A stretch of 61,358 nucleotides of DNA, filler included, from Candidatus Omnitrophota bacterium (GCA_023140385.1; 4 parts of 4 records of this genome joined end to end with filler, not necessarily neighbours in it), one strand, 5' to 3'; shown: positions 50,740-59,923, counted from the first letter of the whole stretch. Notes: generated by a model not told the origin, from the letters alone. Made by a program: numbers and translations.

Positions 50740-53310
50740 ATGACAGAAGGAATAAAAATTTATAAAACGCAAGATTTAGTTTTGCAAGTGAAGCAAAACT
50801 ATGATCCGACAAAGCTCAATCTAAAAAAGTGGGTCAGTTTTCTTGATGTGCTTTGTGGCGATAGAGAATTTCAGAAAGAAGCGATCAGGGATGCGGTTAT
50901 TTTTCTTGCATCAGGTGAATACAGATCAATTGAAGATTTGATTGAGGAAAATTTCAGAAAAAACGACGAATTGCAAAAGAGGTATAAAGGCATTCGCGAT
51001 TATCAGAAAAACTTGCCTTTGCCGCATAAATTGTCTGCGGTGATTGATTTGGCAACAGGAACGGGTAAAAGTTATGTGATTTACGGTATTGCACAAATCG
51101 CCTTAGGGCTTGGCTTGGTGGATAAAGTTTTAGTGCTTTGTCCATCGCTTACGATTGAATCGGGCTTGAAAGAAAAGTTTGAGAAACTTTCCGGCGATAA
51201 TCAAATTAAAGAAGCCTTGCCGGATAATGTTATTTTCAAAAATCCGAGAATTATTGACGCAAATAGCACAATCAAGAACGGCGACATTTGCGTTGAAAAT
51301 ATCCACGCCGTTTATGAAAAGACGGGATCATCAATAAACGACAGTTTAAAAGGAAGCGGCGGGCGCGTTCTGGTGTTAAACGATGAAGTTCATCATGTCT
51401 ATAATTCATCGAGCGAAAAGGACATAAGGAAATGGAAAGCGTTTTTGCTTAGTCCTGATTTCAATTTCAAATACATTTTAGGACTTACCGGAACGGCTTA
51501 TGTTAATGATGAGTATTTCAACGATGTTATTTATCGTTACTCAATCCGCCAAGCGGTTGATGACAAGGTGGTTAAATCAGTTAATTATGTTGCGGAAGAC
51601 GAAGTATCTTCAAATCCTACAGAAAGGAAAAGAGAGAAATTTCAAAAGATTTATGATAATCATGATGAATTTGTAAAAAAATATCGGCTTATTAAGCCGC
51701 TTACGATTTTAGTTACAAAAGATATTTCCAAAGCAAAAATGCTTTGGGAGGACCTGATTGATTTTCTGGAAAAGCGGGAAAAAATCTCGCGAAAAGCAGT
51801 TGAGAAAAAAGTTCTAATTGTTACCTCGCATAAAGATCATAAGAAAAATATTTTGGAATTGAAAAATGTTGATGATAAAGAAAATTCGGTTGAGTGGATT
51901 GTTTCCGTTTCTATGCTTACCGAAGGCTGGGATGTAAAAAATGTTTTTCAAATTGTACCTTGGGAAGATCGAGCTTTTAATTCAAAACTTTTAATTGCTC
52001 AGGTTTTGGGCCGCGGGCTTCGTATACCGGAAGAATACAAATCACCACAGCCGAAGGTTAGAGTTTTTAACCACGATGCTTGGAGTCGAAGCATTCGTGG
52101 TTTAGTTGATGAGATTTTAGAAATTGAAGTCCGTTTAACAAGCGAGATTTTAACTTCCGGAGAGAGAAAAAAATATAATTTTAACCTTTACACGATTGAT
52201 TACGAAAAACAGGAAAAAGCTGTTAAAGCAAGAAAAGACACGGAAATTTTTGATTACTCAAAAGGGTTTATCAACCTAGTTGCCCAAGTTGAGCAGATAG
52301 ACAGAAAAACCGAATACGAAGATTTAAATGGAATTATTAAGCCAAAAACAACAATAATTCAAAAAGAAGTTTTCGGCATTGATGAAGTGGTGGCAAAAAT
52401 AGTTGAAACTTTCAAGACAAGAGATTTTGAGGCAAAAATTAGATTTCCAAAAGGCGAATACGAAAAAGAGCATTTGCCTCCAGAGAAAGAAATTAAAGAG
52501 ATTATTGTAACTTCAATGCGGAAAGTTGGCATAAAAAGTGGAGTTTTAGCTGAGGATAACGCCAATAGGATTTTCAAAGCGTTTCAGACACTTTTTAGAG
52601 CAAGAGGATCAACGATTATTTTGGAAAGGAAAGTGAATAAACCAAAATTAATCAGTACAAAAGAACTTGAAAAAGAAAGTATCGCCGTCGGCGCAATAAA
52701 ACACGGCTCGACAATTTTTTATACCGAGAACTTCAAAGATGAGTGCAGTAATGGAATGGTGGATATTTTGCAGGATATAATTGACGATGAAAGTTTGCCG
52801 CGAAGCGCAAGCAAAGAGGTTAATTCGTATTGTTTTAAAACACCAGTTAATGTTGTTTTAACAAGGCAAGATCCGGAACGAAAGTTCGTTGAAGAGATTG
52901 TTAGCTCAAGAGTATGCAAAAAAATTGATGCTTGGATAAAATCGCGGGACATGGGATTTTATAGCGTTGAGTATTCATGGAGAAAGGGTGAGCATCCGAC
53001 GCAAGGCAATTTTAATCCTGATTTTTTCTTGAAGCTTGGAGAAAATATTGTCGTTATTGAAATTAAGGCGGACGATGATGATTCTAATGAAAATAAGGCG
53101 AAGTTTCGCTGGGCAAAACAGCATTTTGAGACGCTGAACGAAGAATTAAAAAAGAGCAAGATTAAACAGCGATACTTCTTCCACTTTTTGAGTCCAAATA
53201 GCTATGCTGAATTTGTAGAATATTTTTGTGACAATAGGGTTTTTGATAAGAAGTTTCGTAGTAAGCTTGAAGATTTATTGGATAGTGAGCAGGGTGTAAA
53301 GTATGCTTAA
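50740..53310 (+). CDS. type III RM restriction subunit (Res)
   Basis: LATGTGKS, LNDEVHH, MLTEGWDV, QVLGRGLR, FNPDFF...VIEIK. Confidence 0.9.
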   Translation: MTEGIKIYKTQDLVLQVKQNYDPTKLNLKKWVSFLDVLCGDREFQKEAIRDAVIFLASGEYRSIEDLIEENFRKNDELQKRYKGIRDYQKNLPLPHKLSAVIDLATGTGKSYVIYGIAQIALGLGLVDKVLVLCPSLTIESGLKEKFEKLSGDNQIKEALPDNVIFKNPRIIDANSTIKNGDICVENIHAVYEKTGSSINDSLKGSGGRVLVLNDEVHHVYNSSSEKDIRKWKAFLLSPDFNFKYILGLTGTAYVNDEYFNDVIYRYSIRQAVDDKVVKSVNYVAEDEVSSNPTERKREKFQKIYDNHDEFVKKYRLIKPLTILVTKDISKAKMLWEDLIDFLEKREKISRKAVEKKVLIVTSHKDHKKNILELKNVDDKENSVEWIVSVSMLTEGWDVKNVFQIVPWEDRAFNSKLLIAQVLGRGLRIPEEYKSPQPKVRVFNHDAWSRSIRGLVDEILEIEVRLTSEILTSGERKKYNFNLYTIDYEKQEKAVKARKDTEIFDYSKGFINLVAQVEQIDRKTEYEDLNGIIKPKTTIIQKEVFGIDEVVAKIVETFKTRDFEAKIRFPKGEYEKEHLPPEKEIKEIIVTSMRKVGIKSGVLAEDNANRIFKAFQTLFRARGSTIILERKVNKPKLISTKELEKESIAVGAIKHGSTIFYTENFKDECSNGMVDILQDIIDDESLPRSASKEVNSYCFKTPVNVVLTRQDPERKFVEEIVSSRVCKKIDAWIKSRDMGFYSVEYSWRKGEHPTQGNFNPDFFLKLGENIVVIEIKADDDDSNENKAKFRWAKQHFETLNEELKKSKIKQRYFFHFLSPNSYAEFVEYFCDNRVFDKKFRSKLEDLLDSEQGVKYA

Positions 53311-53384
53311 AAAAGGAATGGGGGCAACAAAAAAAGGACGGTTGTATTTTAAAATAATTAAGTATTGGGTCCCTGGAATTATAA

Positions 53385-54629
53385 ATGCGTATAGACGATT
53401 TACCAACCTTTAAGAATTTTGAAGAAAATAGACTTGGATTCAAAGTTCTTCTTAAAATATGTTCCTTTTTTAGGATATTTGGAATAAAAAATAAGAAATT
53501 AGATGAAATGAAACAGCAGTGTGAAGAGCTGGGAGAAAAGATAAAAGAGCAGAAAAAGTATGCAACAAAATTTAATAATTATTTCTCTAACGATGGTTGG
53601 ATTGTGCATGGTTTATTTAGTTATGAGTTTATGAAAAAAGCTGTTGATTCATTCGAAAGTAAAGGTATGGAAGAAGCAAAAAAGTTGTTATTAGAACATT
53701 TTAACCCAAAAAATATTGAAGAAAGATTATTTCTTGTTAGATCTTGTAAAGAGATGCAAGTTCGGTATCGGTTTCTTCAATACGCTCTGGAGGACTATAA
53801 AGAGGGAAGATATCATTCAGCAATACCAGTATTGCTTATGACCATTGATGGTGTCGTTGCAGATGTTGCCCCAAAAGGTTTCCATGCAAAAGCAGTAGAT
53901 CTGGATGTATGGGATGCTATTACGACGGTAGACGGCGGCATAAACAAATTGAAAGAGATATTTCAACGACCAAGAAATAAGACAAGAAGTGAGCCAATTT
54001 TCCTGCCATACAGACATGGCATTTTGCATGGTAGAGATCTGTCTTATGATAATTATGAAGTAGCTGCGAAAAGCTGGTGTTTTTTGTTCGCTATTACTGA
54101 TTGGGTTCAATCAAAGACGACAGAAGAAGATAGGAAGACTAAGTTTATTGAAGAAAGAAAGCCGTTTTCTTTTAGAGAATTTTTAAAGGGGAGGATAGAA
54201 AGAGAAGAGATAAATAAAAAAATGACCGAGTGGAAACCAAGGAAGCTTGATAGCGGATATATTCACAGCATTAATAAAGATGCGGTAATAGATAAAGACT
54301 CTCCTGAATATATAGCTGTAGAGTATTTTAAGCTATGGGTAGTTAAAAATTATGGACATATGTCCAAGTTATACGGAAGATCATGGAAACTGGCACCTGG
54401 TGAATTAAGGGATATGTACGATGGTTGGGAGGATATAAGCGGTTTTGAAGTTGTTAGTATTAAAAATGATGCTCCAGCTGCTGCGGACGTAATAATAAGT
54501 GCTAATTTTGAGAAGATGGGGATAAAACTGTGTCACGTACGTCTCATTCATGAAAGGGAAGATGGGACTCCTTTGCCCAGCAATATGTCAGGGGCTCAAT
54601 GGCGAATTGTGTTAATAAAAATAGATTAA
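53385..54629 (+). CDS. hypothetical protein with HEPN-like motif
   Basis: A...Y..G.Y.SAIPVLL..IDG and RHGILHG (RxxxxH). Confidence 0.6.
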   Translation: MRIDDLPTFKNFEENRLGFKVLLKICSFFRIFGIKNKKLDEMKQQCEELGEKIKEQKKYATKFNNYFSNDGWIVHGLFSYEFMKKAVDSFESKGMEEAKKLLLEHFNPKNIEERLFLVRSCKEMQVRYRFLQYALEDYKEGRYHSAIPVLLMTIDGVVADVAPKGFHAKAVDLDVWDAITTVDGGINKLKEIFQRPRNKTRSEPIFLPYRHGILHGRDLSYDNYEVAAKSWCFLFAITDWVQSKTTEEDRKTKFIEERKPFSFREFLKGRIEREEINKKMTEWKPRKLDSGYIHSINKDAVIDKDSPEYIAVEYFKLWVVKNYGHMSKLYGRSWKLAPGELRDMYDGWEDISGFEVVSIKNDAPAAADVIISANFEKMGIKLCHVRLIHEREDGTPLPSNMSGAQWRIVLIKID

Positions 54630-54841
54630 ATCGTGGTGAAAATCGTGGTGAAGAGGGTGCTTTATATACAAAAAGTGGCGAATTCCAACATCTCCACCAT
54701 CGCGACTGGAAAATGAAACGGTTCTATTTTGAAGTAATTAAGTATGGTCCCAGAATTTTCAAAAAAATAGAAATAACGACTATTTTTGATACTGATGGCA
54801 CAAAAATAGCACAGTTTTAAAATAAAGATTGGGAACAAAAA

Positions 54842-55207
54842 ATGGAATTTATCGAAGCACAAAATGAAGTATATCAAATTCTACAAGAAGCCAATGGAAG
54901 ATTTAGGACTGCTTACCAGATATGTACAAGAATAGAGGAGTTTAACCCACGCCTACGGAGGCGACTTCTTGAAAAATATCCTTCTGCCCCAGGTAAACCT
55001 TCAATGGGTGAGGGGGCGGGTATATATTATTCGCCAGCAAGCTTCATAGCGCATGCTTTGGATTATTTCTTCGAAAGAGACGCTAATAACGTAATGAAAG
55101 CATGGTTTGATTCTAAAAATGTAAACTTCGAAGGAATAAAGCCTGGCTTTAAAGGTGGATGGATTTCAATCTGGGCTTGGAGGCCTTTATTTGATCAAAA
55201 CATTTAA
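54842..55207 (+). CDS. hypothetical protein
   Basis: Intact 121-aa ORF co-oriented with the island. Confidence 0.55.
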   Translation: MEFIEAQNEVYQILQEANGRFRTAYQICTRIEEFNPRLRRRLLEKYPSAPGKPSMGEGAGIYYSPASFIAHALDYFFERDANNVMKAWFDSKNVNFEGIKPGFKGGWISIWAWRPLFDQNI

Positions 55208-55342
55208 TAATATAGAGTAACCAAAGAAGAACAAATTGACCAATGGTCTAAACTTTACGGCAGGCAAATAACTGAAGAGAAATACAGGAAATTTGCAATA
55301 CATTTTTAAAGCGTAGTAAAAAATAAGGCGGAGAAAAGTAAT

Positions 55343-55537
55343 ATGACCACACCTCCCTTAAATAATAATACACAGGAAGTTCCTATAAAGGTTTTTGAGA
55401 AATTTCTTCAAGTCCTTGAAGAGGCTGGCGTATCTACTGAGTTGGTTGCTCGTTTTCGCAAGACCCTTTTAGAGGACAAAGCGTTTACTGAAACGGCGTT
55501 AAAAGAAGCTGTTTTCGGTGAGGAGTCAGCATCATGA
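55343..55537 (+). CDS. small helical hypothetical protein coupled to the downstream ATPase
   Basis: RBS present; ATGA overlap with 55534. Confidence 0.6.
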   Translation: MTTPPLNNNTQEVPIKVFEKFLQVLEEAGVSTELVARFRKTLLEDKAFTETALKEAVFGEESAS

Positions 55538-57987
55538 TTTCCATAGAGTCTGTTGTAATTAAAGAGTTTCGTGGTATTCGGGATCTTACTCTTAATTTTA
55601 AAGGTAAAAATTTTGCCATTTGTGGACCAAACGGAACAGGAAAAAGTGGCGTGGTTGATGCACTTGAGTTTGTTCTGACTGGAAATATATCTCGTCTCTC
55701 CGGAGAGGGAAAAGGCGGTATTTCACTTAAGAAACATGGTCCTCATGTTGATAAGCGCAATGATCCTGATAAGGCTCGCGTGATAGTTAAAGCGAAGATT
55801 CACAGCTTGGATAAAGTGGTTACAATAGAACGGACACTAAAAAATCCAACCAATGCCCTTGTGATACCTAGTGAACCTGCGGTAATAGCCATTCTTCAAA
55901 AAGTGGAAAAACACCCTGAGATTATGCTTTCTCGAAGGGAGTTGATCCGATATGTTCTTGCTACTCCCGGTAAGCGTGCGGAAGAGGTTCAAGCCCTCCT
56001 TCACCTTGAACAGATTGAAAAAGTTCGCACCGGTTTACAAAAAATCGCTAATAGTTGTGAAAAACAATTAATTCCGATTAATACAGCAGTCTCCAGTAAT
56101 CAGGCAAATTTGTTGCGTGCCCTAGGGATTTCTGGTTTGACAAAGGAAAATGTACTCGTTGTGGTAAATAAACAACGTTTAATTCTCGGTCTTCCGGAGC
56201 TTTCTGAATTGAATAAAACTACATCTCTTAAAGACGGAATGGCAGCGCCAATTCCTGCTCAACCACAGCGAATTCCTAAAGTTCAAGCCATCGCTGACAT
56301 AAAAGCAGCTCATGATGCGATCATGGAACTTACTGGGGCGCTGACCACAGCATGTGTTAGTGAAGTGAAGGATGAACTCATTGCTCTCAATAACGATCCA
56401 GCAATTATGGCAAGTGTAAAACGAGAGACACTTTATGCAACTGGGCTGGAACTCATAGAGAATGAAGCATGCCCATTTTGTGATACATCTTGGAATTTAG
56501 ATGAATTGAAAAAACATGTGCAGTCTAAGATTGATCATTTGAAAGAAATTTCCCGTAAACGAAAAGTAGCGGAAATTAAGCTTGTACCATTAATAGTAGC
56601 CATTCGTAAGGTGCAATCTGCGATAAACACGTTGGCCGGTTACGCTGTGCTTACTACACCACCTATAGCAATTGATGATACACGTGATTATGTTGCCCAA
56701 TGTAAAATTTATATTGATAGCATCAGTGCATTCTTGCCACTCAGTGAAACTATTTCAAACCTATCTAAATTGGTAATTGTGCCGGAAGCAGTTATAGATA
56801 CAATCAGCCAACTTGAGAAGGCGATTATTGTCTTACCAGAACCTTCGAAGCAAGATGCAGCGCGAGAATGGCTAACGGTTGCACAAGAACGGTTTGAAGT
56901 TTTTCTGGAAGCAAAGCAAAAACAAAAGATTGCAAAGGACCAAGCTGAGAAAGCGCGTCAGGTCTCCGACATATATGCTAAGACAAGTGACGAAGTACTG
57001 ACAAGTGTCTATGCAGCTGTTGAAAAAGATTTTATAGCATTATATACTCTTCTTCATCAAGGCGATGAAGAAGAGTTTAAAGCTAAGCTTGCGCCTTCTC
57101 TCGGGAAGCTTGGTTTTGACGTAGATTTCTATGGACGTGGTTTTTTTCCTCCAGGCGCCTATCATAGCGAGGGGCATCAAGATAGTATGGGATTATGCTT
57201 ATATCTTGCGCTGATGAGATACCTCCAGGGGAATGCGTTTACTTTTGCAGTATTAGATGACGTTCTCATGTCTGTGGATGTAGGACATCGTCGGCAGGTT
57301 TGTGCGCTTCTAAAGAAGAAGTTTTCCAAGACCCAGTTTATTATGACGACCCATGATCCTGTATGGTTACGTCATATGAGAACAGAAAAGATTATCAGTG
57401 GAAAGAGCGCTATGCAGTTCAGAAGCTGGAATATAGAACATGGGCCAACTCAATGGGATGAGCGAGATATATGGGCTGAAATAGACGACCATCTTAAGAT
57501 TAACAGCGTACGTATAGCCGCCGGTCTTCTTCGACACTATCTTGAGTATATTGCTACTGAGTTATGTCACAGATTACGTGCGCTTGTTAAATTTCGTGGA
57601 GATTTTCAATATCAGCTTGGAGAATTGTTGCCTTCAGCGATCATTCAGCTGCGGAAACTATATAAAAGTGCAAAAGTGGCTGCAAATTCTTGGGATCAAA
57701 AAGATATACTTGATCAAGTAGCTGAACGAGAATCGCAATTTGCGAATCTCGCGGACGCCTGTAAGGCTGAAGAATGGCAAGTGAATACGGCCATACATTA
57801 TAATTCTTGGGAGAACTTGGGGAAGTCGGAGTTCGAACCTGTGGCAAAGGCTTTTCGGGAACTTCTAAATGGATTTATGTGTCAACACTGTGGCGAATAT
57901 CTTTATGTTTCTCCCGACAGGGAAACACCCGAAAGCCTACGTTGTGATTGTGGGAAAACGAGTATTAACCTTTGTGAAAAGAAATAA
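55534..57987 (+). CDS. SMC/Rad50-like ABC ATPase with zinc hook and C-terminal extension (RloC-like)
   Basis: GPNGTGKS, coiled coil with CPFC, HSEGH, LDDV..SVD, TTHD; tail with LLRHYLE, NTAIH and CxxC..CxC. Confidence 0.8.
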   Translation: MISIESVVIKEFRGIRDLTLNFKGKNFAICGPNGTGKSGVVDALEFVLTGNISRLSGEGKGGISLKKHGPHVDKRNDPDKARVIVKAKIHSLDKVVTIERTLKNPTNALVIPSEPAVIAILQKVEKHPEIMLSRRELIRYVLATPGKRAEEVQALLHLEQIEKVRTGLQKIANSCEKQLIPINTAVSSNQANLLRALGISGLTKENVLVVVNKQRLILGLPELSELNKTTSLKDGMAAPIPAQPQRIPKVQAIADIKAAHDAIMELTGALTTACVSEVKDELIALNNDPAIMASVKRETLYATGLELIENEACPFCDTSWNLDELKKHVQSKIDHLKEISRKRKVAEIKLVPLIVAIRKVQSAINTLAGYAVLTTPPIAIDDTRDYVAQCKIYIDSISAFLPLSETISNLSKLVIVPEAVIDTISQLEKAIIVLPEPSKQDAAREWLTVAQERFEVFLEAKQKQKIAKDQAEKARQVSDIYAKTSDEVLTSVYAAVEKDFIALYTLLHQGDEEEFKAKLAPSLGKLGFDVDFYGRGFFPPGAYHSEGHQDSMGLCLYLALMRYLQGNAFTFAVLDDVLMSVDVGHRRQVCALLKKKFSKTQFIMTTHDPVWLRHMRTEKIISGKSAMQFRSWNIEHGPTQWDERDIWAEIDDHLKINSVRIAAGLLRHYLEYIATELCHRLRALVKFRGDFQYQLGELLPSAIIQLRKLYKSAKVAANSWDQKDILDQVAERESQFANLADACKAEEWQVNTAIHYNSWENLGKSEFEPVAKAFRELLNGFMCQHCGEYLYVSPDRETPESLRCDCGKTSINLCEKK

Positions 57988-58172
57988 TGGCACAAATCTG
58001 ACAAGTGGTATTTGATAAACATTGTAAGTCTTTGAGAAATGAAATATGGGATGGTTGTACTAGCTCAATAATTCGATATGCTTTACTTTTAACGCTTTGG
58101 CAAGTTTTGCAATGGTGGTCAATTGCACGTCTGGAGAAGAGAAAAAAGGTTACGCCTATTTACTTCCCTTAA

Positions 58173-58376
58173 TTACCCCATCATACCTTCCCTAACATAG
58201 ATCTCAAAAACACCTTTCCTTAACCTTATTTTGTATATCCGTGACTTTGGAATCCAGATTTTCATGCCGTTGTCAACTAATATGGCTTTTTCAGTCTCAT
58301 ATAAGATGCGGACTTGAGCCCAGATGTATCTTTCTTTTGGGTATATAAGCCTATAAATACTAAATGGCCTGAACAT
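58173..58376 (-). CDS. small hypothetical protein
   Basis: ETEKAILV....WIPKS pattern; AAGGAG RBS. Confidence 0.55.
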   Translation of the reverse strand: MFRPFSIYRLIYPKERYIWAQVRILYETEKAILVDNGMKIWIPKSRIYKIRLRKGVFEIYVREGMMG

Positions 58377-58379
58377 AAA

Positions 58380-58640
58380 TTAGCTCCTTTCCTTGAGTTT
58401 GTGTTTGCAAGCTCTTTTGACAGTTTTTGCATCAATTCTCAAGACTTTCCCTATTTTGGTATAGGACATGCCCAATAAGTGCAATTCAGTTGCTTTTTGG
58501 GCTAATTTCTGGTATAAATGAGGATGTTGAACAGGAAGTATCTTGATGTGGGCAGAGATTTCGGCAGCACGTTTGATTGACTTAATTGGCTCAGTATTCC
58601 CGTTGGTCATGGTTCGAATTGGTTGCGAACGGGTCCACCA
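58380..58640 (-). pseudogene. HTH-containing C-terminal fragment beginning at an att-like site (probable recombinase tail)
   Basis: WWTRSQPIRT...LHLLGMSYTKIGKVLRIDAKTVKRA; no convincing own start. Confidence 0.5.
58630..58640 (+). mobile_element. att-like tRNA-Ala/tmRNA 3'-end remnant
   Basis: CGGGTCCACCA acceptor-type end without a full tRNA body. Confidence 0.5.
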
Positions 58641-58793
58641 GACTTCGCCAGCCAACTCCGCCGAAGTAGCCTCGGCTACGAAGGCCGGGAGGCTTCGTCT
58701 GGCAGGCCAGAAATCTTCGAGGCTACGTCTGGCAGGCCAGAATTAGGAGCGAAGTCTGCCCGCCGTAGTAGAGCGGGGCGTACGTAGGAGGGC
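58639..58793. repeat. GC-rich structured repeat element upstream of the GIY-YIG gene
   Basis: IR CAGACTTCGC/GCGAAGTCTG; direct repeat GAGGCT.CGTCTGGCAGGCCAGAA at 58689 and 58719. Confidence 0.8.
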
Positions 58794-58796
58794 AGT

Positions 58797-59036
58797 ATGT
58801 ATTACGTGTATCGTTTGCAATCTTTGGTAGATTCTGGCGAGGTCTATGTGGGGTTTACTGTGGATATTCAGAAGCGTCTTAAAACTCATAATAATGGGCA
58901 AAATAGGCATACTTCAAAATATAAACCTTGGAAAATTATAAATTATATTGCATTTGAGAATGAAGAAAAGGCGCGAGATTTTGAAAAATATTTAAAAAGT
59001 GGTTCTGGTCGTGCGTTTTCTAAAAAGCATTTTTAA
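58797..59036 (+). CDS. small GIY-YIG nuclease
   Basis: YYVY.L.S.....YVG.T.D..KRL..HN.G....T....PW, A..FEKYLKSGSGR. Confidence 0.92.
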   Translation: MYYVYRLQSLVDSGEVYVGFTVDIQKRLKTHNNGQNRHTSKYKPWKIINYIAFENEEKARDFEKYLKSGSGRAFSKKHF

Positions 59037-59156
59037 TTAAGACAGGACTGTGGGTTCGATTCCCAAACCAGGGGATACTGGACTTGCCCAAGTAGAAAAA
59101 GCCGCGTTGAAAGGTTTAAGTTAATTAGGATATGTCCCTAATTTTCAAAAAATATC

Positions 59157-59185
59157 TTGCGTTCTGATGTTTTTAGTATTATAAT
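59157..59185 (+). promoter_or_regulatory. sigma70 promoter
   Basis: TTGCGT, 17 nt, TATAAT. Confidence 0.6.
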
Positions 59186-59347
59186 AATATTCACAGTTTA
59201 AAACAGTCCCGTGTTCGAAGGGGGAACCTGGACTTAAAAACCAGCTCTGCTGGTCCCGAACCGTTTAATCGGGGAGGGAAAGTAAAACCTTCGTTGGTAA
59301 ACTATAGCCAATGGAGGTTTTTTTATGAGTAAGTACATGAGAAAAAA

Positions 59348-59878
59348 ATGGAGATTTGCCAAATGAATGTACAAACAGAAAATAAAGGCCAAGTTGTAGT
59401 ATATAAAAATAGAGTAGAAGTTAGATTAGATAAAGAAACAGTTTGGTTAACCCAGCCGCGGATAGCGCAATTGTTCGGAACGAAAAGGCCGGCAATTACT
59501 AAGCATTTGTCTAATATATTTAAAAGCAAAGAGTTACAGGAAAAATCAGTATGTTCCATTTCGGAACATACTGCGGCAGATGGGAAAGCATATAAAACTA
59601 AATTTTATAATTTAGATGTTATTATTTCCGTAGGTTATCGGGTTAATTCTCAGCAAGCAACTCAATTTCGCATTTGGGCAACTAATGTGTTAAGAAAGCA
59701 CTTGGTAGATGGCTTTACCATTAATGAAAAAAGATTAAAATCTGATTGTAATAAATATCAAGAACTGCAGAAAACAATAAAGCTTATGGGTAATATGCTT
59801 CAGCTTGAAGCTGTTTCTGATGACACGAAAGGCCTTATTCAGGTAATAACTGAATATTCTCACGCTCTTGATGTTTAA
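59348..59878 (+). CDS. RhuM-like N-terminal domain protein, probably a truncated RhuM-Fic fusion
   Basis: ETVWLTQ..IA.LF, YNLDVIISVGYRVNS..ATQFRIWAT; ends at EYSHALDV. Confidence 0.75.
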   Translation: MEICQMNVQTENKGQVVVYKNRVEVRLDKETVWLTQPRIAQLFGTKRPAITKHLSNIFKSKELQEKSVCSISEHTAADGKAYKTKFYNLDVIISVGYRVNSQQATQFRIWATNVLRKHLVDGFTINEKRLKSDCNKYQELQKTIKLMGNMLQLEAVSDDTKGLIQVITEYSHALDV

Positions 59879-59923
59879 GTTCCCTTTAACCCCTTTAACC
59901 ATGATGAGGAGGAGGCGAAGAAT

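Noticed and set aside
54599..54877. Short ORFs and the AAATCGTGGTGA tandem duplication
   Set aside because: No recognisable motifs; the ORFs overlap neighbours and span a junction motif
58689..58742. Possible mini-CRISPR
   Set aside because: Two 24-nt repeats separated by only 6 nt
59043..59070. tRNA gene
   Set aside because: Only a T-arm-like stem; no D arm, anticodon arm or acceptor stem
550..59559. Numerous short antisense or alternate-frame ORFs in the track
   Set aside because: Shadow ORFs overlapping well-supported genes
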